DNA from: Octopus bimaculoides
Lineage: Eukaryota
NCBI RefSeq assembly: GCF_001194135.2
Contig: NC_068987.1
Location: 76,662,833 to 76,726,832 of the forward strand
Direction: 5' to 3'
DNA length: 64,000 nt
Part shown: positions 27,637 to 39,896 of the stretch, piece after piece
Position numbering within the stretch: the first letter of the stretch is position 1
Layout of the letters: the number at the start of each line of letters is the position of its first letter
Program-made: the position numbers and the translations under genes
Notes under the pieces: generated by a model
What the model was told of the DNA's origin: nothing
What the model saw: only the letters and a program-made list of their open reading frames with translations
Databases searched by the model: none

Positions 27637-27963
27637 CGAGTGAAAGAGCAGTGCATGCCATCAAAGTGACACGGGTAAATTATACAAAGCCCAGTATACC
27701 CATCTGACAAGGGTACACCAGGCACATGCATCACAACCATATGTGCATGATATGGTGATCTCATATCAAAATAAACAGCACATGACATTGCAGGTGGGGA
27801 CCCAGTTAGAATTTTTTCAGGCTGAATAGCTCATCCCACTCAAAACGTCCCTGAATAAGGATTGTTTAAGGATGTTGAATGAAACACCCATGTTTCGAAA
27901 GGTGAATTATTCAAACCCCAAAGAATTCCTCTTGACACATGGCTATAATGCTCTTCCAAACAC
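27637..27963. mobile_element. Non-coding ~330-bp element embedded in (ATT)n
   Basis: GC-richer block flanked on both sides by (ATT)n; no ORF recognised. Confidence 0.5.
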
Positions 27964-28002
<39 letters not shown>

Positions 28003-28939
28003 CATCGTTATTGTTATCATTATTGTTATAATGTTATTGCTTTTGCTAATGTTATTACAATTGTTATTAGTGATGTTGTTTCTGCTGTAGTTGTGATCAC
28101 TGCTGTCTATGTTGTTGTTCTTGTTGCTACTGTTAAAGTCATAAATATTATTGGAAATGATGTTGTTGTTACTGGCACTATTTAGCCCGAGGTCAACACT
28201 GGTCAAGAAGACCTATGATCAATAGCATTCTAGTCTTGCTAACCTAATGTATCTGATGTATCTGGGATCATGTTATCTAAATATGTCTTTTTCTTTTTTC
28301 TTTGAAAAAAAGCAGAGTTTTTTGACTTGAGGGAAATTTGGCTGTTATTTCAGCAGCTCAAGCAACCACAAGCGAAACTTTGCTTGCACCCACATTTCAA
28401 AACACCTCAAAAAGAAAAAAAAAAAAGAAAGGAAAGAAATATTTTAAAAAAATAAAATTATTCAGAAGGCTTTGGTTAACTCAAGGCTATTCAAGAAGAC
28501 ACTTGCTCAAGGTGCCATGTAGTAGGGCTGAACCTGAAACTGTGTGGTTAAAAAGTGAACTTCTTAACCACACAGCTATGCTTGTACCTATGTGCTTAAA
28601 ACTTTTTAAAAAACAATTCATTAAACCTTAAAACCCAGACTAATTTAACATAAGTTTCTTTCAACATTCCCATAAAGGCATTTAAATCATTATCACTGTC
28701 TAATTAATTAATGCTTCTTAACATTTTGATTAATGTTCCTTAGTGTCATGTTAATGTATGCATAACCTATGAATTTGCATAATCAAAGATTCATTATTTC
28801 TCTTGACATTGATGTACTCCAACCAGTTTGAATACACTCACAATTTGATCCTGGCACTAAGAAAAAGATTCTCCACCCTGGTACAGATGTTCCAGCTGAT
28901 GCTGTTTCTCACATTCTTATATTATTGCTGTTTTGCTCA

Positions 28940-29600
28940 TTATAATGTTGTTATTGTCGTCACTATTCCTGATGTTCTTGTTGGTGTTGTTGCTGCTGCT
29001 TGCTAATGTTGAGCTTACTCTTGTTGCTGTTGTGATTGTCATCATGGGTTTCTGTCATTGCAGATAATGCACGTTTCAAAAGTTGTCATCCTTTCTTATT
29101 TGCTATTAGTGCTGTTGTTGTTACTGTTGCAGATGTTGTTACTGCTGCTGCTGCTGTTGGTGTTATTGTAGTTGTTGTTGTGGTTACTGTTGTTGTTGTA
29201 TAACCCCAGGTCAGCCCTGATCAGACAGTCATGTCACCAAATGGCATCAAAACCATGGCCATCAGCAACTGTGTAACTTGGACTCTATGATCCAATGTGT
29301 CCTTTTTTTAAGATGGTAGGGTTTGATTTGAGGAAGATTTGACTTCTAATTCTTGCAGGTTCCTTCACTGGCTTTTGGTACATTTATGTTGCTGTGGCTT
29401 TTAGCATTGGGTATTGCAATCTGGTGATCACCGTTGATGTTGTTGTTGTTGTTTTATTACTGCTGCTGTTTGTGCTGTTGCTGTTTCTGATCTTGCTGCT
29501 GCTGTTACTTCTGTTATAGTTGATGCTGCTGTTTTTGTTGCTGCTGCTGTTGTTTTGTTTGATGTTGTTGCTGATATTGCTGCTGTTGCAGAGGTGGTTA
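28940..29600. repeat. (GTT/GCT)n low-complexity tracts
   Basis: Direct reading. Confidence 0.85.
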
Positions 29601-29656
29601 CCACATCAACAGTCTGACCATCTAATTTACTGCTGTCTTCACAAAGGTTAGATTTC

Positions 29657-29667
29657 TTAGGCAATTT
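29657..29667 (-). CDS. Candidate terminal coding exon of SLC35F6-like gene (adds EIA-stop)
   Basis: Long T tract ending in AG (G at 29668); phase-1 join gives GAA ATT GCC TAA. The T tract may simply be part of a simple repeat. Confidence 0.25.
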
Positions 29668-29716
29668 CTAAAAAAAAAAAAAAATAAATAACAATAATAA
29701 TAATAATAATAATAAT

Positions 29717-29951
29717 GGTCGATTAGGTATGATAAGAAAATATTCAGACAAATACATAACAAAAACACCAGGACTTACAAATATATACAACATACAGAAA
29801 ATTGCACTACTGGGCACTGCACACATCCTACGCAAAACACTTTCAATACAGTAACCATAAGAGCATCACAGCAAACCACAGCACATACCCAAGGCGCACA
29901 GAGCTGCGCTCGGTAGTGAAGTGAAAGCATGCTATAAAAATAAAACTACTG
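29717..29951 (+). mobile_element. R4/Dong-type RLE non-LTR 3' end inserted in (TAA)n
   Basis: GRLGMIRKYSDKYITKTPGLTNIYNIQKIALLGTAHILRKTLSIQ-stop, with (AAT)n on both flanks. Confidence 0.85.
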
Positions 29952-30369
29952 AATAATAATAATAATGATAATAATAATAATAATAAAACAACAATAATAA
30001 TCCTGGTGGGAGGGGACTAGTCGATTACCCCAGCACTTGACTAATACTTATTTAAACGATCCTGGAAGGATGAAAGGCAAAGTCAACCTCGGTAGAATTT
30101 GAACTCAGAACATAAAGACAGATGAAATAATGCCAAATATTTTATCTGGCTTGTCAATGATTCTTCCAGCTCACCACCTTAATTACTAGAAAAGCACTTG
30201 GAGAGCGCAGACCACCACCAAGCAGCTCATTTTAAGATAGATACGCGAGTAAAATAACTAATAGAGAAATGAAAATAAACTTTGGAAACAGCAACGCCAC
30301 CATAGGTTACGTGGAAACGATGAACGTGTTTTCAAGGGAGATTATCAAAGAACGTAACATTATGAGGAT

Positions 30370-30655
30370 GATGCACTTGATGGTACATAGGGGCACTTGA
30401 CTTGATGGGTCTTCTTAAGTAGATCACATCGTCAGAAGTCTCAGTCATTAATCATTGCTTCTGTGAGGTTCAAAGTTTGATGATCATGCTTCACCACCTC
30501 ATCCCATATTTTCCTGGGTCTACCTCTACCACAGGTTCCCTCCAAAATTAGAGATCAGCACTTCTTTACACAGCTGTTTGCGTCCATATGCATCACATAA
30601 CCATACCAGCACAGTCAAATCATTATCTAATAAGCTGACCTGCCATCTTTTTCAT
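30370..30655 (-). mobile_element. RTE LINE 3' fragment
   Basis: WYGYVMHMDANSCVKKC...GRGRPRKIWDEVVKHD remnant. Confidence 0.75.
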
Positions 30656-30760
30656 TCCAAGTTGAAGGAGACAGCTGTAACTTATTTTATTGATCCTGAA
30701 AGGAAGAAAGATAAAACTGACCTACAAAACACTGCTTCTCACAACTAACTAGTTTGCAGG

Positions 30761-31563
30761 ATGCAGTCAGGATGTGAAGACAATTTGGAAGCTAGATTTA
30801 CAATAAAGTTTTATGTTAAACTGGGAAAAAATGCTACTGAAGTTTATGAAATGCTCCAGACTGCTTATGGATTAACTTGTGTGAACCAGGCATCTTTTTT
30901 TCACTGGTGCAAGAGGCCAAGTAAAGCAAGTCCACTGGGCAGTACATGATGATCCTCTTCTTTGACAGCAATGGCATCATTTAAATTCACTGGTTTCCCT
31001 CAGGCCAGACAGTCAACAAAGAAACTGTAGAGATAAACTTAGCAATTGATTTAATAGCACTGCTAACACAGTAGAACACAGTATTGACTTATAAAAGCAT
31101 TTAATATACTTGGTAGTATATTGTGGTTGCATAATGAAATACAGTATCCCTACAAATCATTAATAGTAACAAAGAGTACTTTGTGGAGGTTTGGATGGAA
31201 TTCAGAAAGAGATTCCCTCACAAAAGGCCAGAGAACCTGCACCAGAACAATGCACCAATCCACAGTTCCGTCCTGATGACCAACTACTTGATAGAGATAG
31301 GCATCAAAACTGTCCCTCACCCCCACCTACAGTCCTTGTGATTTTTGATTGTTCCTCAAGCTGAAGGAGATGATGGAGGCTGTGACAAGGGTCTCGGACA
31401 CCTTCATTTTGGAGGACTTCCAGTGGGCCTTCACGAAGAGGCTAGAGTTCCATAGCAAGAGCATTGATGGTAAAGGATTGAAGGAGGTTAAAGTTTTGTA
31501 CTTCTTTGAAATTAATAAATGTCTCTCCTGAGAATGTTTCAAAACTTCTGGAATGCACCTTGC
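30761..31563 (+). mobile_element. Internally deleted mariner transposon remnant
   Basis: HTH-like RFTIKFYVKLGKNATEVYEMLQTAYG; catalytic-region remnants MMILFFDSNGII, HQNNAPIHSSVL, TVPHP..CDF..FLKLK; TIR-like end cttctggaatgcaccttgca. Confidence 0.85.
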
Positions 31564-32918
31564 ATGTGCAGGTATATTAATATTTTAAATGAACACCTTA
31601 AGGTTACATATTTGAAAAGAAGGGTATAGTTAATTAAATTGATATCTGTATATGCTGAAAGTTAATCATTATATGAATACTGATGTGATTACAGGAAAAG
31701 CAGGCTTTTAACATGATTCAGATTTAGAATACAGAGAAATGGAACTAAATTATTGAAGGCGTTTAAACTAGAGGTCTATCATTCCCCTATTCATCAAGCA
31801 ACTTATAAATTCAACCACATTTCCAACTTCACTTCCATAAATTTCACAATGTATTTTAAATAAATTGCTAATATCTGAATATATTTCTTTAAACAATATA
31901 TTCACTGCCTGGAGGAGCAAATATATCAACAGAGCTAGATTAAATACAGATTATTATTGAAAAAAAAAGATATATGTATATTTAACAGAGATTAAATATA
32001 GATAATTAAGTATAGTATAAAAATAAATGAACTAAAAATGATTAAATATTGAATAAATATAGATGATTAAATCTAAATTAAATATAAATGACAAAATATA
32101 TCAACTTGAGCTCAAAGCAGAAAAATAAATTAAAAGTAAATGTCTTCTAAATCCCAAGAAACTTTTATGAGATACCTCACTGAGTTCTAATTTCTTCGTA
32201 TTAATCTGGCCTGAGGCAGTGAGTTAGCAGAACCATTAACACAGCAGACGAAATACTAAGTAGCATTTCTTCTGGTTCATTAGACACTAAGTTCAAATTC
32301 TGGTGTGGTCAACTTTACTCTTCATACTTCAGAGGTTGATAAAAATCAAGTACCAGTCAAATACTAGGGTCTATGTAATCAAATCGCCCCTCCCCTCAAG
32401 ATTATTGGCCTTGTACCAAAATTAGAAAGAAGGCAGCAAGCTAGTACAATCATTGACTTTTACTTGTTTCAGCCATTTGATTGTGGCCATGCTGGGGCAC
32501 TGCCTTGCAGGGTTTTTGTCGAACAAATCAACCCCAGGACTTATATGTTTTTTAAAGTCTAGTATTTATTCTATCAGCCCTTTTTTTTGGGCCAAATTGC
32601 TGAGTTATGGGGACATAAACACACCTACACCAATTGTCAATTGGTGCCATCAAATTTCATCTATATGGCTTTGGTGGATATGTGTTTGTAGGAGAAAACA
32701 CTTGTTCTGTGCTGTATAATGAAATTGAAACAGGAACTACAAGGTTCAAATCAAACTTTTTAAACATATAGCTATGCATAGATTCATGTTGTTAATAATG
32801 CTATTCTTACATTAAATTTCACAGACATTGTTGAGAAATCGTTATCACATGATCATATAGACTAAAATACACTCCAATCTGAAAAATATTAAAAAATAGA
32901 TAACCTTAAATATCTCAC

Positions 32919-33230
32919 CTTGAATGGAACCATTTCCGTCTTGGTCAACTGGTATCAGTAACTCATCGTTTCCTCTCCGGTTGCACCATGTGATATTGCA
33001 GCGACAGAAAGCTCGCTGGAAGATGAGACCGTAGAAACTGCTAAAGCCAAGGAGAATGAGAATCAAGCCAAAAGGTGTATACCAAAGGTCATGTCTCCAG
33101 TGTGCTGGAACCATAGCAATCCAAATAAATACGACGCATAGGCATTCGAATATTATGCGTGTGGTGGCGTTCCAATGTTTTGTTAGAGTCACTCCTGCGA
33201 ATCGGAATGCTGCGAAACTGATCATTGTCC
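32919..33230 (-). CDS. SLC35F6: Next exon of SLC35F6-like transporter (C-terminal TM helices and cytosolic tail)
   Basis: Acceptor ttctattatatAG (33231); G+GG gives Gly in frame with the 53389 exon. Peptide TMISFAAFRFAGVTLTKHWNATTRIIFECLCVVFIW...FGLILILLGFSSFYGL matches SLC35F6 NISSIAFFNFAGISVTKELSATTRMVLDSLRTVVIW...GFLILLIGTALYNGL. Probable donor CAAG|GTGAGA at 32918; if unused, the frame runs to TGA at 32845. Confidence 0.88.
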
Positions 33231-33300
33231 CTATATAATAGAAGAAAAATAGATAAATAAATATATGAATAAATAAGAAAATAAATAAATAAATGTTATT

Positions 33301-33530
33301 CTTTTATTTGCTTCAGTCATTTGACTGCGGCCATGCTGGAGCACCGCCTTTAGTCGAGCAAATCAACCCCAGGACTTATTCTTTGTAAGCCTAGTACTTA
33401 TTCTATTGGTCTCTTTTGCCGAACCGCTAAGGTATGGGGACGTAAACACACCTGTATCGGTTGTCAAGCGATGTTGGGGGGACAAACACAAACACACAAA
33501 CATACACACACACACACACACATATATTTC
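33301..33530 (-). mobile_element. SINE family A, 3' half, about 70 bp upstream of the transporter exon acceptor
   Basis: Homology to the family A tail. Confidence 0.85.
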
Positions 33531-33928
33531 CTCTACCTTCCTAAAACTATATAAAAATAGAAATAAGAACAAAAATAATAGTATTAATAGTGGTAATAAT
33601 GGTATTAATGGTGATAGTAATGGTAATGATAGAAATAAAAATTAAAATAAAAAGACAAAAATATTGATATTAAAAAAATAATAAAAATATGGATACAATG
33701 GTAGTATTTATTTTTTATTTATTTTTCATCATGGCTTACATTGGATTTGAAACCTAATAGTTTTTAGTTACCAAACCTGCCTGACTATTCTAAAGGGTAT
33801 ACTAAAAATTAGATTTTTTTTCTTTTTTTTTTTTTTGGTCTAGTCCATATTATTATTTATTTAAGCTTGCTCTCATAATTATAATTTTTTTGATTGGTGA
33901 CTTCGATGATGTCTGTGTGTCGTTTATT

Positions 33929-34010
33929 TACCCTGAAGAAGGGGTTATCACCAATTTGTGTTCTATTGTGCCCTAAATACGGTGATATACCCCCGAAATG
34001 GCCATAGGTG
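33929..34010 (+). ncRNA. Minimal type I hammerhead ribozyme with extended stem II, apparently intact
   Basis: ACC CUGAAGA A GGGG U UAUCACC...GGUGAUA UAC CCCC GAAA UGGCCAU A GGU: palindromic stem III AUGGCCAU, AUA site (A17=34006), stem I ACC/GGU. Confidence 0.8.
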
Positions 34011-34944
34011 TTCTGTGTTTGTATTCCACCTATACTTGTAATCCACTGTAAATGATGTTTATGGTTTGATTTTACTGATGTTACCTGCCGAATGGTGAAA
34101 TATGGATTTTACTTTGCCACACTTTGGATGTTTTGTTGTTGTTTTGTCCCGTGCGCTCTGGTATTCCTGTTTATGAAATTGGATTTTACCTACTAAATTG
34201 GCTGTCATGAGGCAGGTAGTTGAACTTTCGTACTATTTATCTTGAACTTCTTTTATTGGCTATTGGCCTCAGCGAATGAACTGTTGTGCTACGTCTCCCT
34301 ATTATTTTGTTCTCTATATTTTTTCTATATATATATATATATATTTTTATTCTACTGTATTTGTACCGGTCTCTAATATTTTTAATCAACTTTTAATCGC
34401 AGTTTATTTATTTATTTATATTATTCTATTGTATTTTTAATCGATTTTTATTCTTATGTATAAAAATTTTAACTTCCCTTTACTNNNNNNNNNNNNNNNN
34501 NNNNNNNNNNNNNNNNNNNNNNNNNNNNNNNNNNNNNNNNNNNNNNNNNNNNNNNNNNNNNNNNNNNNNNNNNNNNNNNNNNNNNNNNNNNNNNNNNNNN
34601 NNNNNNNNNNNNNNNNNNNNNNNNNNNNNNNNNNNNNNNNNNNNNNNNNNNNNNNNNNNNNNNNNNNNNNNNNNNNNNNNNNNNNNNNNNNNNNNNNNNN
34701 NNNNNNNNNNNNNNNNNNNNNNNNNNNNNNNNNNNNNNNNNNNNNNNNNNNAAATGGATGGCGATATTTATGGCACACATGAAGCAACTCAATGCTAATC
34801 CCTGTATATTTATGATGATAAATGGTTTTACCGATAAAGGTTTTTTCATACTGAACTACTTGGCAAAATTGTTAATTATTAATTCTATTATTAATTGACG
34901 ATTCCCTGCCCTTATTCTTGTATATATATATATATATATATATA

Positions 34945-35410
34945 CAATGGGCTTCTTTCAGTTTCCGTCTAGCAAATCCACTCACAAGGCTTTGGTCGAC
35001 CCGAGGCTATAGTAGAAGACACTTGCTCAAGGTGCCATGCAGTGGGACTGAACATGGAACCATGTGGTTGGTAAGCAAGCTACTTTATTTCATTTCAGTT
35101 TGCCACAAGGGCAGCTGCGGGCTGGACAAGCACATTAATAAGATGAGATGAATGATGAATATGATATCAATGAGAGAAGACAGATGCCGCCTGCCGAACT
35201 CTGCTTCTCTAAATCATTGTTCTTTTATAAATTACACAAATTTACAAATTGAGGCTATAAACCTCTTACTTTACAATTTCATTATGTCTTTGAACTGAGG
35301 CACTTGCCTCTTACACTTTTCTTTTTCATGGCCACAAGCCCTTTCAATATGAGGCACTCATCCTCTTATATTTTACTGCAAGCTACTTACCACACAGCCA
35401 CTCCTGCGCC
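34945..35410 (-). mobile_element. SINE family A 5' half interrupted by a 292-bp insertion
   Basis: Homology to the family A head on both sides of the insert. Confidence 0.85.
35086..35377 (-). mobile_element. 292-bp 5'-truncated non-LTR 3' end inserted in a SINE head; TSD GCAAGCTACTT
   Basis: 11-bp direct repeat at 35075-35085 and 35378-35388; the SINE resumes exactly on both sides; element end ...tgcccttgtggcaaactgaaatgaaata. Confidence 0.8.
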
Positions 35411-36346
35411 TAATGTTAATAATGTTTTAAAATTTAAGCACAAGGCAAGCACGTTCAAGGGAGATATAAATGGATTTCATCAACTCTTGTGCTTAAATGG
35501 TTCTCATCTTATTGACCTTACAAGGCTTGATGTAATTTAAACTCAGAATGTAAAGACATACAAAATGCCACTGAGCATTTCACCTGGCATACTAACAATT
35601 CTACCAGCTCACCACCTTAAATGATGTTAATAACAACAGGCTTTTTTTGACGAGTGTTAACAGGTTTACAAATAGATGGGAAGAGGTAGAATAAGAATTC
35701 ATTAATTATTTAAAGTAATGTTTTTATCAGTCTAACATTTTGACTGTAGCCACATAACATTACAGATTTATGGATGTAGAAAGTCATAGAAATTGTTTAA
35801 GTGTCAGAAGGCTAGAAAGTGATGACAGGTGAAGTAAGAGCTCATTCAATAAATCATCATTAAATTTTAATCCCAGTAGCTACATAATGTGAACGCATGA
35901 GACCTAGTGATTAGGGTGTTGCACTCATGATCCCTAGATTGTGTTTTCAATTCCTGGACCAGTTGGTGAGATGGGTCTTTGAGCAAAACACTTCATTTCA
36001 CATTGCTCCAGTCCACTCAGCTGTATATTTCTTCCAGTGATAGCAGGGAAGTTAATTTTGCAATGGACTGGTATACCATCCAGTAGGGTGGGGTAGTGTA
36101 ATCTCAGTCACCTACACACCATGGAAACTGAGTTAAGTTCTGGCCTCATGAGTTTGGGGTCTTAAAACAGACCTAAGCTACTTAATATTCAGAGATTCTT
36201 GGATGCTTTAGTTATTAGGGATTTTAAAAGAGTATTAAGAGTTGAAGTACATGGTTTAGTGATTAGGATGTTCAACTCATGATCATACAATTGTGGTTTT
36301 GATCAAATAGCAGTGATTCTCGAATTGAAAGAAGCCTATTTTATGT

Positions 36347-36700
36347 CATCATCATCATCGTTTAACGTCCGCTTTCCATGTTAGCATGGGTTGGACGATT
36401 TGACTGAGGACTGGCAAGCCAGAAGGCTGCACCAGGCTCCAATCTGATCTGGCAGAATTTCTACGGCTGGATGACCTTCCTAACACCAACCACTCCAAGA
36501 ATGTAGTGGGTGCTTTTACGTGCAACCGGCATGAGGGCTAGTCAGGCGGTACTGGCAACGACCACACTCAAAAAAGTGTTTTTTACATGCCACCTGCACA
36601 GGAGCCAGTCCAGCAGCACTGGCAATGACCTCGATCGAATGATTTTCTAACGTGCCACCAGCACAAGTGCTAGAAGGCAATGCTGGTAACGATTACGCTG
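36347..36700 (-). mobile_element. SINE family C, representative copy (others ~4424-4563, 18672-18885, 42752-43100, 58845-59150, 59157-59361)
   Basis: Body ...ggaaggtcatccagccgtagaa...ggagcctggtgcagccttctggcttgccagtcctcagtc... ending ggaaagcggacgttaaacgatgatgat. Confidence 0.85.
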
Positions 36701-36868
36701 TAATGGTGTTATATTATACCTATAAAGGTGCAGACTTGCTAGCCACTTTATTATTATCATTATTATTATTAATAATGATAATGATACCTATTTAACTATC
36801 AGTTAAATATGGCTCACAATATGGTCGTTTTGAATGTTGTGGGGGCATTCAAATGTAAGAATGTAACT

Positions 36869-37270
36869 CTTTTACTTGTGTCAGTCATTTGACTGCGGCC
36901 ATGCTGAAGCACTGCCTTTAGTCGAGCAAGTCAACCCCAGGACTTATTCTTTGTAAGCCTAAAACTTATTCCATTGGTCTCTTTTGCTGAACCGCTAAGT
37001 TACGAGGACATAAAGGCACCAGCATTGGTTGTCAAGCGATGTTGGGGTGACAAACACAGACACAGAAACATATACACATGCATACATATATATATATATA
37101 TACATATATACAATGGGCTTCTTTCAGTTTCCGTCTACCAAATCCACTCACAAAGCTTTGGTCAGACTGAGGCTATAGTAGAAGACACTTTCCCAAGGTG
37201 CCATGCAGTGGGAATGAGCCCGGAACCATGTGGTTGGTAGGCAAGCTACTTACCACACAGCCACTCCTGT
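36869..37270 (-). mobile_element. SINE family A, full length
   Basis: Homology to family A; head-to-head with 37496-37868. Confidence 0.9.
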
Positions 37271-37296
37271 GATGAATATTTCAGAAATAGTTGTTG

Positions 37297-37345
37297 TCTG
37301 GCTGACGAGCCTTTCATACAGAAAGTGAAATCAATTGATCCTGGA
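37297..37345 (+). ncRNA. Minimal type I hammerhead ribozyme, apparently intact
   Basis: UCUGG CUGACGA GC CUUUC AUACA GAAAG U GAAA UCAAUUGAU C CUGGA: 10-nt perfect palindrome AUCAAUUGAU, AUC site (C17=37340), 5-bp stem I with two GU pairs. Confidence 0.75.
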
Positions 37346-37495
37346 ATATACGCATCCTTTACTTCTGTAGTTCATCCAAGGTAAGCCTATTGTTGTTATG
37401 TTTGTTGCATTTGCTGTGTGCATTTTAATAATGATGTTAGGGTGATAGCTCTTTATAGCAAGTAGTATTTTAATACCCTACTGAATTTTGTTTAG

Positions 37496-37868
37496 GCGCA
37501 GGAGTGGCTGTGTGGTAAGTAGCTTGCTTACCAACCACATGATTCCGGGTTAAGTCCCACTGCGTGGCACCTTGGGCAAGTGTCTTCTACTATAGCCTCG
37601 GGCTGACCAAAGCCTTGTGAGTGGATTTGGTAGACAAAAACTGAAAGAAGCCTGTCGTATATATATATATGTGTGTATGCCTGTGTTTGTCCCAACATCG
37701 CTTGACAACCGATGGTGGTGTGTTTACGTCCCCGTAACTTAGCAGTTCAGCAAAAGAGCTTGATAGAATAAGTACTAGGCTTACAAAGAATAAGACCTGG
37801 GGTCAATTTGCTCGACTTAAAGCAGTGCTCCAGCATGGTCGCAGTCAAATGACTGAAACAAGTAAAAG
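37496..37868 (+). mobile_element. SINE family A, full length
   Basis: Starts ggcgcaggagtggctgtgtggtaagtagcttgc. Confidence 0.9.
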
Positions 37869-39896
37869 ATATATATATATATATATGCGCGCACACATAC
37901 GCAGAATGGGCTTCTTTTAATTTCCATTTATCAAATCTACTCACAAAGCTTTGGTCAACCAAGATCTATAATAAAAGAGGCTGTGCAGTTGGACTGAACC
38001 CAAGACCACATTGTTGAGAAGCAAGCTTCATGAACACACAGCCACATCCCTATAAAGTCTGATGTAATTTTCTTTGGTCTAGATTCTCTCCTTGTCACAG
38101 AATCTTTGTGTTGCATATTTTCGTCAATACTTAGATATATGAAATTCTCATTTTGTGGAACAGAATAGCTAGAATGAGAGAGTATTACTCCACAGGTTTA
38201 AAGTTTGGAAGCAGTTTCTCAACTATGAACTTTTCTTTTGGCCAAATTCCATCCCTATATCAGCAGAAAATGCTGTTACTCGATCCAATTGTTTCTCAAC
38301 TATGTAAATATTTATAATATAGATCTTTTGATCATCTACAAAGGAATTCTTAGTTTCTTAGTGTCTCTTACTGTTGTAGACCCTAGCACATAAAAGAAAG
38401 GACAGTGAATTTAATGCCAAAATAAACAGAGGCGTCAACAGACTGTCTGTTTAGAATATTCTATGAATATTTTATGCAAATATGCATGTATATGTATGTA
38501 TGTATGTAGATATACCTGCATGCATATATGTGCATTTTTGTGTTTATATATATATATATATATGTTACATCATGCATACATACATATATACGTTACATGT
38601 ATACATACATCATGAATACCTATATGTATTGAAAGACTGTTTGTTTACAATATTCTGTGAAGATATTATGCAAATATGTATATATATGTATGTATGTATG
38701 CATACATATATCTATGTATGTATGAATGTATGCGTGTATATATGCACATATGTATGCATGTATGTATGTATGTATGTATGTAGAGTCTCTTCTATTTTTT
38801 AATTATTATAAATCTTCCACTGAGGAGGGAGTCGGTTTCCAACAAAGACTCAAGACTCCATCTTTGGGATGTAGTTGACANNNNNNNNNNNNNNNNNNNN
38901 NNNNNNNNNNNNNNNNNNNNNNNNNNNNNNNNNNNNNNNNNNNNNNNNNNNNNNNNNNNNNNNNNNNNNNNNNNNNNNNNNNNNNNNNNNNNNNNNNNNN
39001 NNNNNNNNNNNNNNNNNNNNNNNNNNNNNNNNNNNNNNNNNNNNNNNNNNNNNNNNNNNNNNNNNNNNNNNNNNNNNNNNNNNNNNNNNNNNNNNNNNNN
39101 NNNNNNNNNNNNNNNNNNNNNNNNNNNNNNNNNNNNNNNNNNNNNNNNNNNNNNNNNNNNNNNNNTATACACACGTGTTCATGCACATATGTACGCATCC
39201 ATGTATACATGCATGTGTATATGTGTATGTATGCATGCATGTATATGTATGTATGTGTGTATGTATTATGCATGTATGCACGTATGTATGTATGTATGCA
39301 TGTATGTATGTGTGTATGTGTATGTATATATGTGTATATATGTATGTATGTGTCTGTACGTACGTGTTTATATGTATGTATACATGTATGTATGTGTGTG
39401 TGTGTATATATGTATATGTGTATATATGTATGTTTTTAGACTTGTGTATATGCATGCATGTGTGTATGTATGTATGTATGCATATATGCTATATCATGCA
39501 TATATACATAATATAAACACATATGCGTTCATGTACATTGCAGGCATCCATGTACGCATGCATGTATATATGTATGTATGTGTGTGCGTATGTATGTATG
39601 CACGTACGTATGTGTGTAAGTGTGTGTGTTTGTGTACGTGTATATAGCAGTTATATGATTTGCCAAAAATACTTGGATTAAAACCAATGTTCCCTTTAAG
39701 CCAAGATAGCCATTGCACAAGTTATGACATCTGAACAGCGAATGTGTTGACCTGGAAAATATCAACCAAGGATGGTGGAAAGCATCCCATAACACACTGT
39801 ACATACTACTCCTACTACTACTGCTGCCGCTTTTATAAGCTTTCAAAACCATGCGTTGTTGATTTACTAGTGTTAATGAGTGATATACTGTTAACA

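Noticed and set aside
37371-37380. Possible 10-nt plus-strand micro-exon (TAG|ttcatccaag|GTAAGC)
   Set aside because: No supporting gene context, and it is adjacent to a hammerhead-bearing repeat.
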